Source: Phoronis australis (lineage: Eukaryota > Animalia > Phoronida). From it: a DNA stretch of 64,000 nucleotides. The notes beneath the pieces were generated by a model. That model had not been told where the DNA came from. It was given only the letters and a program-made list of their open reading frames with translations, and ran no database searches. The translations under genes were made by a program, and so were the position numbers. Location of the stretch: the NCBI GenBank assembly GCA_002633005.1, contig NMRA01000526.1, positions 198,887-262,886 of the forward strand, given 5' to 3'. Positions 49,241 through 61,402 of this stretch are shown here, piece by piece (the stretch's first letter is position 1; every line of letters begins with the position of its first letter).

Positions 49241-50399
49241 ACGAGTAATTGTTTATATTACAAAAAGCTGTAATTACATGAAAAATATGTCTGGGATAAT
49301 AAACGAGCGTTATTTTCGCTAAAAATGACATGAAAAAAGGTTGTCTTCGCTTTTAATTAAAACAAAAATAAGCTCTCAGTTCTTCATAACCTTAGAAATC
49401 ACCTTTGGAGTAAGGAATAAGTGGAGGCCAATTTCATTATACCAAATGGACTAAAAATTATCGGAATTAGGAAGTACCATTTAATAAATGTTTCGAGCAA
49501 ATAATATTCTTTCAAAATTCATCCCAGGGGACCCCAGGTTATTCAAATGTATGTGTGTATCGCCTCCTACAAAATGCAAGATCTGGGATGCTTGAATTAA
49601 TTGAAATAATTTTTGACTTTCTCTGCTCCACTTTAGTGCTATTTCAAGAATAAGTATTTAAAATTCTGTTTTAGTGCTAAATTTCTAATGTCTAATACTA
49701 GCTTTGCACTTGATGACTCCAGCGTTAAGTATAATAGTTCGAGACAGAACCCATGATTTCAAGCATTTTGTTGCAGGAATGTAGGATGAGAGAATTATGC
49801 ATGCGCCATTATGTGTTTCAGCACAGAATACATAATACATATAGGGACTTTGCACAAAGTAGAACAGAAAATATCAAACATATTTTGAAGTTCGATTTTG
49901 ACGCTGCCTCCACAAGCACAATTTGCTGATAAAAAGTATAATAGGGTTGAAAAAGTAATAGGTGATGGGTGGTATCTTACCTTCTATACCGTCTAGCTTT
50001 TGGAACCACTAGCTCCACCATTGCTTATCTTCTTCGTTTGTGATGAACTTTTTGGCTGACATAATTGCACTTTTCAGCTTGTGCAGCTCTAGCTTTTCGT
50101 AGTTTGGGGTCAGCAACTTTGGGGGATTGACTGGGATTGACTTCAGGACGTATGGCCCTGCACAAACACAGCAGTGAGATTAATGCATAAAGCAAATCAA
50201 TTTCCAAAACATTACACTTTGGTTACAGAGTGCATATAAGCAAGTAAAAAAACAACCTGTTGCATAACAATGAAAATCAAATTCAGCAAGAATGCTGGCA
50301 CAGACTGCCACAGACCTCTCTTATGATTGAACTTGTGTGCGTGTCTGGAAGCAACACTCTGGACTGAGTCACAAATCTTATTAAATCGTGACAAGTTCA

Positions 50400-53300
50400 A
50401 TTAACAGTGAATTGAAAATAATATGTAACAGCTTTGATTAAACAGAATACCTGATACTGAGTTTCAATGTGAAAGTCCGCTGGTGTCCAGGTGCTGTCAG
50501 CGGACCACTTTTTCACAGAGATAGTGCACTTGCCGTTATGAAGGGAGCATTTAAACTGATAAGGCAATGAGTGATTGTGCATGGGATGTGGTTTATGTTA
50601 TACAAGAAACAGGGTTTGGAGTGGTGCATCTTGTGAAGGCTTCCATTAATTTTGGAATCGTAAGAATTGAATGACGAGCCATGTAAATAGAAAAATGAGA
50701 AAAAACTTGGTCTACATCTTCATGTGTATGGCCCACCATTACAAAACCAACTTTAATTTTAGAAAAAATTCGCATTTCAACCAAAAGTGCACAAAGCCCA
50801 AATACTACAATATTTTTATTTTCCAACCAACAATTGTCCATCTGAAGATACAGAATTGGGGGCAAAAAGCTCATAGATGACAATGTTCATAGCAGGAAAT
50901 TGGCTGTCACATCTGGCCCATGTATCCACTGCCCATCATCAAAAAATGATCGTTTGGTGTCCATGGTTAATTACACCAGTGAGATGAGTTCTCAATTTAT
51001 GCAATTTTTGTAGCGTTTTGCTATAAATATTGAAAGCAGGCAGATTCGTTTTTTGTTGGTCCATGCCATCCAGTATTATGCATGCGTATCATCTTGGGCT
51101 GGACCTTGCCTTTGAGCAGTGTTTATAATATTTTTTCTCTCATTCCTGAAAAGTAATGAGAATAGTTTCATTATTCAACAGACAACATGTCCTTTAAGAT
51201 ACTCTCATTTCCACCAGATTAGAATGCAAGAACCTCAGTTATCACTTAACATGGGGACATTTTGAAATTAGAACACTCCATGTATTTTCAGTTTTACCAC
51301 CGGACTTTACAATATTGATATGCAAAGAAACCAAAACATTACAAGTTTTAAAAGCCTTTCATGAGCAAAACTTGATTTGGCAACTTTCGCTCCTAGCCTT
51401 GTTTAACTAAAGATTGACTAAATGCAAAAAAACGCCGGCTCTATACTTTTGGGGATTTCATGACTGAGAAATTTTATGAGAATGAAACTTCATAGAAATC
51501 TCTGTTATGGTTAAATTGANACACAAACAATTTCACTTGCCAGATACAGTTTATCCCCAGACAGTTTCTTTTTAAGTATTTCATACGTCTTAGCATACCC
51601 AATTACTCTCTCCATGTGTATCTGTTTTGAGGCAATGCGTCTATCCTTTAAAACAGTTTTGCTGTCCAGCTGCTTCTTGCCCTTTGTGGTGGTCGGTACG
51701 TTAACTTTTACATCACGGTTGGCAAAAAGGTCCTCTACCACTATTCCTCTGTCTGCCAAGCATTTAAACTGGTAAGGCAATGAGTGATTGTGCATGGGAT
51801 TTAAATGTGGTTTATGTTATACATTTTGTATATGAATAAGAAACAGGGTTTGGAGTGGTGCATCTTGTGAAGGCTTCCATTAATTTTGGAATTGTAAGAA
51901 TTCAATGACGAGCCATGTACATAGAAAAATGAGAAAAAACTTGGTCTACATCTTCATGTGTATGGCCCACCATTACAAAACCAACTTTAATTTTAGAAAA
52001 AATTCGCATTTCAACCAAAAGTGCACAAAGCCCAAAAACTACATTATTTTTATTTTCCAACCAACAATTGTCCATCTGAAGATACAGAATTGGGGGCAAA
52101 AAGCTCATAGATGACAATGTTCGTAGCAGGACATTGGCTGTCGCGTCTGGCCCATGTCCCCAGTGCCCATCATCAAAAAATCGATCGTTTGGTGTCCATG
52201 GTTAATTACACCAGTGAGATGAGTTCTCAATTTATGCAATTTTTGTAGCGTTTTGCTATAAATATTGAAAGCAGGCAGATTGGTTTTTTGTTGGTCCATG
52301 CCATCCAGTATTATGCATGCGTATCTTCTTGGGCTGGACCTTGCCTTTGAGCAGTGTTTATAATATTTTTTCTCTCATTGCTGAAAAGTAATGAGAATAG
52401 TTTCATTATTCAACAGACAACATGTCCTTTAAGATACTCTCATTTCCTCCAGATTATAATGCAAGAACCTCAGTTATCACTTAGCATGGGGACATTTTGA
52501 AACTAGAACACTCCATGTATTTTCCGTTTTACCACCAGACTTTACAAATATTGATATGCAATGAAACCAAAACATTACAAGTTTTAGAAGCCTTTCATAA
52601 ACAAAACACGATTTGGCAACTTTCGCTCATAGCCTTGTTTAACTAAAGATTGACTAAATGCAGAAAACCGCCGGCTCTATACATTTGGGGATTTCATGAC
52701 TGTGAGAAATTTCATGAGAATGAAACTTCATAGAAATTTGTTCTGGTTAAATTGACTACAGTTATGTACACAGTTCGGTGATTTAGCCACATCGACCTGT
52801 AGAACCAGCTGCAACAGAATGTCTTCATTCTTGCTGATGACTCATCCTTTAGAAAACTCACCGTGTTTATCTGTAAAGCAGTTGTAAGAAATCTTTGGTG
52901 CTCAGTCTTAATAATTCTCAAATGGACATTTTGCTGATACACAATTTGAGTATTCTATAGGCAACCACTTTTGAGTGTTTCAATGACGATAATGAGACGA
53001 TTTATCATAAACACAGTCATGTACTATGCTTAACATGTAGTTGGTTAACATGAACACAACACAAACAATTTCACCTGCCAGATACAGTTGATCCCCAGAC
53101 AGTTTCTTTTTAAGTATTTCATACGTCTTAGCATACCCAATTACTCTCTCCACGTGTATCTGTTTTGAGGCAATGCGTCTATCCTTTAAAACAGTTTTGC
53201 TGTCCAGCTGATTCTTACCCTTTATGGTGGTCGGTACGTTAACTTTTACATCACGGTTGGCAAAAATGTCCTCTACCACTATTCCTCTGTCTGCCAAGCA

Positions 53301-54390
53301 TTTAAACTGGTAAGGCAATGAGTGATTGTGCATGGGACTTAAATGTGGTTTTTGTTATACATTTTTGTAAACGAATAAGAAACATGGTTTGGAGTGGTGC
53401 ATCTTGTGAAGACTTTCATTAATTTTGGAATGGTAAGAATTGAATGACGAGCCATGTACATAGAGAAATGAGAAAAAACTTGGTCTACATCTTCATGTGT
53501 ATGGCCCACCATTACAAAACCAACTTTAATTTTAGAAAAAATTCGCATTTCAACCAAAAGTGCACAAAGCCCAAAAACTACAATATTTTTATTTTCCAAC
53601 CAACAATTGTCCATCTGAAGATACAGAATTTGGGGCAAAAAGCTCATTGATGACAATGTTCGTAGCAGGACATTGGCTGTCGCATCTGGCCCATGTCCCC
53701 ACTGCCCATCATCAAAAAAATCGATCGTTTGGTGTCCATGGTTAATTACACCAGTGAGATGAGTTCTCAATTTATGCAATTTTTGTAGCGTTTTGCTATA
53801 AATATTGAAAGCAGGCAGATTCGTTTTTTGTTGGTTCATGCCATCCAGTATTATGCATGCGTATCTTCTTGGGCTGGACCTTGCCTTTGAGCAGTGTTTA
53901 TAATATTTTTTCTCTCATTGCTGAAAAGTAATGAGAATAGTTTCATTATTCAGCAGACAACATGTCCTTTAAGATACTCTCATTTCCACCAGATTAGAAT
54001 GCAGGAACCTCANCAAAAGTGCACAAAGCCCAAAAACTACAATATTTTTATTTTCCAACCAACAATTGTCCATCTGAAGATACAGAATTGGGGGCAAAAA
54101 GCTCATAGATGCCAATGTTCGTAGCAGGACATTGGCTGTCGCATCTGGCCCATGTCCCCACTGCCCATTATCAAAAAATCGATCGTTTGGTGTCCATGGT
54201 TAATTACACCAGTGAGATGAGTTCTCAATTTATGCAATTTTTGTAGCGTTTTGCTATAAATATTGAAAGCAGGCAGATTCGTTTTTTGTTGGTCCATGCC
54301 ATCCAGTATTATGCATGCGTATCTTCTTGGGCTGGACCCTGCCTTTGAGCAGTGTTTATAATATTTTTTCTCTCATTGCTGAAAAGTAAT
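50400..54390 (-). pseudogene. Sola1-like (DUF7869-type) transposase exon, four copies
   Basis: DGMDQQKTNLP...LYLQMDNCWLENKN...FVMVGHTHEDVDQVFS. Copies at ~50400-51150, 51760-52385, 53300-53935 and 54014-54385. Confidence 0.7.
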
Positions 54391-55620
54391 GAGAATAGTT
54401 TCATTATTCAATAGACAACATGTCCTTTAAGATTCTCTCATTTCCACCAGATTAGAATGCAAGAATCTCAGTTATCACTTAACATGGGGACATTTTGAAA
54501 TTAGAACACTCCATGTATTTTCAGTTTTACCACCAGACTTTACAAATATTGATATGCAAAGAAACCAAAACATTACAAGTTTTAGAAGCATTTCATATAC
54601 AAACGATTTGGCAACTTTTGCTCCTAGCCTTGTTTAACTAAAGATTGACTAAATGCAAAAAAACTGCCGGCTCTATACATTTGGGGATTTCATGACTGAG
54701 AAATTTCATGAGAATGAAACTTCTTAGAAATCTCGGTTCTGGTTAAATTGACTACAGTTCTATACACAGTTGGGTGATTTAGCCACATCGACCTGTAGAA
54801 CCAGCTGCAACAGAATGTTTTCATTCTTGCTGATGACTCATCCCTTAGAAAACTCACCGTGTTTATCTGTAAAGCAGTTGTAAGAAATCTTTGGTGCTCA
54901 GTCTTAATAATTCTCAAATGGACATTTTGCTGATACACAATTTGAGTATTCTATAGTCAACCACTTTTCAGTGTTTCAGTGACGATAATGAGACGATTTA
55001 TCATAAACACATGTACTATGCTTAACATGTAATTGGTTAATATGAACACAACATAAACAATTTCACTTGCCAGATACAGTTTATCCACAGGCAGTTTCTT
55101 TTTAAGTATTTCATACGTCTTAGCATACCCAATTACTCTCCCCACTTGTATCTGTTTTGAGGCAATGCGTCTATCCTTAAAAACAGTTTTGCTGTCCAGC
55201 TGATTCTTGCTCTTTGTGGTGGTCGGTACGTTAACTTTTACATCACGGTTGGCAAAAAGGTCCTCTACCACTATTCCTCTGTCTGCCAAGACAGAGTCAC
55301 CCTTAATGAACAGATCCCTGTCTCTAAGAAGATCGCTTTTCTCAATGATCTGTCAATCACCGACAGTCTTCCGACCAAGAGCACCGCTGCCCATTGCAGT
55401 TTGAGATCTTCTTCACAGGAATTTCAGTGGTATCGAGAATCACCTGCGTGCTTGGAAAAAGCTGTTTGAAGTGACTAGGGAAATGTTCGTTAATAATGTC
55501 TCTACTTGGCCACAGCACAAGCTCTTTCAGCTTATGGAACAAGAACATTGCCCATGTCTTGAAGATCTGAGCCACTGTGTACATGCTGACTCCAAAATCC
55601 AAAGCTATAGAGTTCCATTA
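51521..55620 (-). pseudogene. ISL2EU/Harbinger DDE_Tnp_4 transposase remnants (longest 54957-55620; partial copies 51521-51760 and 52980-53298)
   Basis: DFGVS...IFKTW..FL...LWPSR..I..HFP..F...FP.TQVILD.TEI, then LADRG..V.D......VNVP......QL......DRRIAS..I.VERVIG..K.Y.IL. Confidence 0.85.
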
Positions 55621-56974
55621 CCATCATTTTCACTGCAGTCTACGAAAATATTTTAGTGACAGCTGCATGGAAAAAGTTATGATTACACATTACAAGTGAC
55701 GCAAGCCAATTTAAAAAGGGTAGCAAATCCAAGATGGCCACCAATTCCAAGGTGGCGGCCAAGTTTGAGAACCATACTCTTTCTCATAATTTTATCTTAT
55801 TAACTGACAATTTGTTAACCTTTCAACATTGGCTGAAGGTTAAAAATGGAGATGACCGCCAATTTCAACAAATAAGCTTTTTCATTTTTGTCAAAAAATT
55901 CTTTTGTTTTCACCTTTCACCAAAATTTAATGAAAACATTTAAATAACGCAAAACCAATCCAAAATTATAAATATGGCCCCTAAATCAACGATGGCAGCC
56001 AAATTTCAGACTCAAACTTTTTAAGCTGCGTTATATAAAACAACATTCATAAGAAAAAAATTGTTCTTTTTTCACCAAACTTGGCATACCACTTCAAATA
56101 TACGTGTAGTTTCCATAACTTTTTTGGCTGAAGCAAGTCAGCGTTTTAATAAGACTGACTTGCTTGAAAACTGTCCATAACACTTGACAAATCACAAGAT
56201 TGCTATTCATGAAATCTGCTACCGTTTCAAATCGTGACATCACAATCAATTGCATCTTCAAATGTCTCTGTTTCATTCCAATAGCTTATAATATATATGT
56301 CTTGATTCTTTTTCAGTTTCTTTACATGGCTATTATATAAGATTTTCTCCTGACTCTTCATCAAAACAAACATGGCAAATGCGCTTTCTTACGATTTTGC
56401 ATTGCAAAATGTCAGCTACACCTTGTAGCTCATTATTGCTGTGATCTGGAAACTCACTTGCAAGGTCAATGTTCAGCATCCTCAGTATTTTCTGTATTCG
56501 CATTTTTTTCAGCACTTTGGAAGACGACCGCTTTTTCAGCTCCATCCTCACTTCTTCAAGACCTACTTTCTCTTGCTGGCGCTGTTTCCACCCAAGACTG
56601 ATCGAGCATGCTCTTCTCACCTGCTTTTCCAACCTTTCTAAGGTATCCACAACTTAATAATCTTCTGGCCATGGATCTTGGAGGTGAGATAGTCGAGTGT
56701 TGCCCCTGCAACCTTTTACTGAGCAGCGATAACCATCCCAACTACTTCGTTGTCCATGTTGGGAAGACCTTCTGTTTCAGTCTTTTGTCTCGTCCTTTCA
56801 TCCACATTCATTGTAAAGTATCGTTTGTATTTTCGCTTAACAGATTAACAGAAGATTCAAAACATTTTGTCGTCATGTTGGCAAACAGTTGTGATTCTGG
56901 TGGTTATTGATGAAGGTAGTGTAATATGGCATCGTCTGGTAAATCTTCGCTGAACATGTCTGTGGTAGCACTTA

Positions 56975-57940
56975 TCTAAAACAGGTCTCACTTTGTGTAA
57001 TTTATCATATGCAGGGTCTGACCTGTCAGTTATTGCTTGAGAGTTATCAATAAAATAAATATACCTAAGAATGCTGAGGAATCTGTCACATCACTTTATG
57101 GAATCCTGGTGTTCCCGATAACCAATCCAGTGACCAATAGTCCTTCATGTTAATCTTTTTCACTACTCCCATTGTCATAAACAGTCCCAGCCAGGCTTTA
57201 AGATCACAACAGGTAAGTTCACTCCACTTACTTCTGTGTTTACTGGGATCTTTGGTTCTTTGTTGTGTCGCATATAGATTTGTCTGAGCAGTGATGAGTC
57301 TGCATAGAGCATCAGTAAAAACAGCTTCAACAATTGAACGGGGAAGCCGATTCCAACAAGTTCTGTCCCCCAAGAGAGTCGAGAGCTTCAGAAGACAATC
57401 CTGGTGTACCTCTAAATCGAATGTTAGCGTCATTCTGCATATTTGCGTCACTACTCCACCCAGTTTGTGACTCATCCACGTCTCCCAGAAAATTGTCGTC
57501 CACTTCGATTTCCGGTGCGTTGTCAAGGTCCTCCGAATCAAAATCGAGCTCTGGTTCATTGTTGGAGTCCGGTCTTCTCAAACGTGACAAAAGAATGTCA
57601 TCGTCAGGATCGTCACTTTCATCCTCCAAATCGCTGTCAAAGTCCGTATTTTCAAGCAAAGATAATGCATCTTCAACAGCCTTCATTCCTGGTTTCCAAG
57701 GAAACACCATCTTGTAAACAAATCTTGAGAAACTCTCAAAAAATCACCAAATATCACAACAACAAAATCTTCAGACACTCAGTTTATTGTAAAGCAATGA
57801 CATCAATACTTCGTGTGTACACATAACTAAAAATAGTTAACAATTGATGCAATAGATGGCAGAGGTTGTCTATGGAATTTTCCATCGCACATATGCGAGT
57901 CTCGGCTCTCGGGGTTGCAAGATCCGGTACGCACAAAGGG
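56975..57940 (-). mobile_element. Truncated, frameshifted copy of the 22960-25592 piggyBac (5' part)
   Basis: Colinear with 24600-25592 at roughly 90% identity by eye; ends in GGG|TTAA at 57940. Confidence 0.92.
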
Positions 57941-58202
57941 TTAAAGTTCTAGCAATAAAGTTAACATTGTTCAGAACAATCAACACATCCCATACATTTA
58001 TCATAATTGACCACAACAGATGGCTTCATGATGGACTGGGGATAAATGATTCATAACACAATTCCGTTCAGTGCAAAGCATGATTGCTTATTTCAGGACT
58101 GGTACCACAACGTCAACAGATAAAACCTGGCTCAACCACACAATGAGTGAACATTACTAATCTTACACTATGAACTGAGTGGAGTTCATTCAATTGCTTC
58201 TA

Positions 58203-58479
58203 CCCGTGGAGGTACTCCACTATTTTTTGCCCAGACACGGGCTTTAAGAAAGTGGACAAGTCACCTTGTCGGAATTTTATCCCATAACATGGCTCTTATA
58301 CATGTATATACTTGGTATTATTTCAATAAACAGAATTCCTTACTCCAAAATTGAACCATGTTTGTTGGAATTCAATTGAAAACACTCTTTAGTAGGCAAT
58401 GTGCAATAAATGAACCCACCCTTCTGAGCAGCACACCCCGTTTATACCTTCTTCATTTACGTGAGTACCCTCCCCCCGG
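58203..58479. mobile_element. Short non-autonomous DNA element (CCCG..GGTACTC termini)
   Basis: CCCGTGGAGGTACTC ... GAGTACCCTCCCCCCGG imperfect TIRs. Confidence 0.45.
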
Positions 58480-58633
58480 AGGGGGCTTCTAAACCTAGAT
58501 TCTATTTTGAAGTTGGCGATTGTAACTTGACCTAATTATCTTAGTATGTGTGTTCAATTCGCAAAAATCCAAAATCCATCTGTTATCTACAAAATAATAC
58601 ATCTGGATAATCTAGTGAAATAATGCTACAATG

Positions 58634-58982
58634 TTAATTGTCCAGTCCTTTGCATAATTTCTCGTGTCGTGAAGTATAATCTCTTCGGGAAAACCCTTTG
58701 CCACATTTACTACACATGTGGGGCTTGACGTCACTGTGAGTTGTCTGGTGTCTTGCCAATGACCTCTGATGATGTGTTGTGAAGGCACAATGATCGCAAC
58801 TTAAGTGTGGCCTGAAGTGTGGCCGGGACAATATGATCATCTAGATGAGATTTTCTAGTGAACGTCTTGCGGCACAACTTGCACTCTGAACGACTGTGTG
58901 TCCGCTGATGAGACAGGAAGTTACTCTTCTTGTCAAAACTCTTCTCGCACTCAGTACACTTGTATATTGTGGGTGAGTGCAC
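58634..58982 (-). pseudogene. C2H2 zinc-finger array (4 fingers, frameshifted)
   Basis: CTECEKSF.....HQRTH, CKLCRKTF, CDHC.....RHQTTH and CSKCGKGF across two frames. Confidence 0.8.
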
Positions 58983-59559
58983 CTCATTGTGTATTCACAA
59001 CCCACTTTGTGAGGCAAAAGTACGCCCGCATACCGTGCATGGAATTTTTTAGCACCGTGGCTCCCTCTGTTATGGTCTTCAAGTGCCGCTTTGCTCTGAA
59101 AGTGCCAGTTATAGAAAACTAAAAAGAAATCTATTATTACATGGAATCCGGAACAGATTCTGTGAACGGCATTGGCTGTCCGCAGTGAAACGCTTGATAC
59201 CTTCTTTCCTCCACAGTAGCAGTCCTTTCCCAGTGTTGGCTGTTGGCGACCACCATGGTCGCGACAGTACCATGACCCTTTTTCAACATGTGGTGGTCCA
59301 CTTGCTATTTCTCAGATGTCGCCTGAACTGCTTTGAAGAAGCGAATCTCGCCCACAGTCCTTACCCCGCAGACTTTCATCCATGCATCTTCAAATGACAT
59401 GGTTCCATCCTCCAGAATCCTGCAATAAATTGAGTGTATCTTGCTGAATATTGGCCTCTTGCAAATAACGCGACCCCTTCTGTTGGTTTACATGTTCTCA
59501 GTTGCTGGCAGCGGAGTATTCTGCCCACCGACTATTGAGGTTGTTTCATCACCCGAGTG

Positions 59560-59760
59560 ATTCTCAACCTTAATCAATGGTGGAGAATCCCAGGGAACCT
59601 AGCCCTTCGCAATGCAAGTCTTCAAATGGTCCACGTGCACAACTGATTAGCCATTTCGGCAGAAATCCAGGTATTCCACTCTGATTTCAAATTACTTAAT
59701 GATATCTACCCACTCGGTCGTTTTGGAGTCAAAAATTGGCAGTTGTTTCTCCATTCTTTT
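59560..59760 (-). pseudogene. Gypsy integrase C-terminal remnant
   Basis: SVVHVDHLKTC matches the VVH.D.LK end of the integrase GPY/F module; stops nearby. Confidence 0.45.
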
Positions 59761-60503
59761 AACTTGACCTGGCTGAATAGAATGTCCAACTGGACATAAT
59801 TTGTTAACTGACATTCCGGGACTGCAGTCATGGTTCGTCGGGAATGGGTTGCTCGGAGAATAATGAATGTTCCCCGTAATTGTATTGTTTACGTTGTGGT
59901 GGTCAAAAGCGCTACTCTAGCAGTCTGCATTTTTAGCTGGCGAGAGCACAGAAGTATCTGGATTCAATTGAACTGATCACCTGACAGTAGTTAAATATTG
60001 GGCAACTCTTTCCACTAAATTAGACATTGCATAAATGAAAACAAAACCAAGGAACAAAGTAACCTGTATATAAGGAATAATAATACCCAACTATCAAGTG
60101 CCATAATCGCAATGAAAAATACTGAATTACAAAACCAGGAACCGGAATCAAACGGACCCTACCGACAAATGGATAACTGGACTAGGTACAGAAACTCAAT
60201 GTACCCACGGAATACTCGAAAAAAATAAAAGATAAACTCCTAACACATTTCAAGAGTAGAGGTAAGCAGAAAGTAGAATGATAAAACAGGTTCCAGTCTA
60301 TGGTGCCCAACCAATGTTATCACCACAGGTTCATCCCCAGGCCACTGGGAACCGGACACCTCATTGGACAGTTTGATATCATGTGAGCTTATAGAATTGT
60401 GTGATTTTATTTTTCATTTCCATGTCATATTCCATAGCATTCATAAATATTGTAATGGCTGTACTTTGCGAGCAAGTTTTCTGATATGCAGAATTGATTA
60501 AAC

Positions 60504-60555
60504 ACACAACACTTTTCGTTATTGACAGTACACAACACTTTTCGTTATTGACAGT
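60504..60555. repeat. 26-bp perfect direct duplication
   Basis: ACACAACACTTTTCGTTATTGACAGT x2. Confidence 0.9.
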
Positions 60556-61112
60556 CTTTATTTCATTTCGTTCATATGTTTGGAATAAAACTACACTCAA
60601 TGGAACATTGATGGAGTAACTGACCAAGAGACATGATTAAAATGTTCACGATGTTTCAAAACATACTTGTTTCATTCTCAAGTGGAAATAAAATGACGTA
60701 GTAATGCCACCACTGAGCATCAGCTGGAGACATACATAGTGGGACACAGCAGGTGTGAAATACTGTAACAATGACAAATGAAGGGGGGAACAGGAAGGTC
60801 ACGTAAACAAGTGTAATATGTGGCGCGATTGTGTTTGCTGCTCATTCAAAACAGGCTTCTCCAATGCAGTCAAAAGGGACTCCAATACTTTCAATCACAG
60901 CACATTGTGTGTTAAGGTGTGATTGTTTTAACAATTATACTGATACAGTTACAGTTGGTAATGCAGGCAGAAATTTTTTTTCATAGCAGAGTGAATGGGA
61001 GTGTGAATGAGTGAAAGTCCTTTACTGCCAGCTAACCTCCTACCCCGCAAACATGTCATTTCCTGTATTTTGCTTTAAAAGCATGGTCTATATTTTTATT
61101 CTGTGTCATGTG

Positions 61113-61268
61113 TTATGTGTAGGTGGAACAATCCACCGACTGCTATAATAATGTTATGGCTCATATTATTATGTGTTGGTGGAACAACCCACCGACTGCT
61201 ATATTATGGCTCATATTATTATGTGTAGGTGGAACAACCCACCGACTGCTATAGTAATGTTATGGCTC
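61113..61268. repeat. 50-58-bp tandem repeat x3 with GGTGG/CCACC stem
   Basis: TTATGTGT(A/T)GGTGGAACAA(T/C)CCACCGACTGCTATA...TTATGGCTC units. Confidence 0.85.
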
Positions 61269-61402
61269 GTTTCAGGAAACTTGTTTACTTCACTTAAGAC
61301 CAAAATGTCATGAACCGTTGTTTTCTAAGTTGTCATCTTCAGTCACTTAATTTAGACAAAATTTTGATCTCGAGTCCAAGGTCAATTTTCTTGAAACGAA
61401 CC
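61264..61402. mobile_element. 139-bp MITE (Harbinger-like termini)
   Basis: GGCTCGTTTCAGGAAA ... TTTCTTGAAACGAACC, a 14/16 inverted match. Confidence 0.55.
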
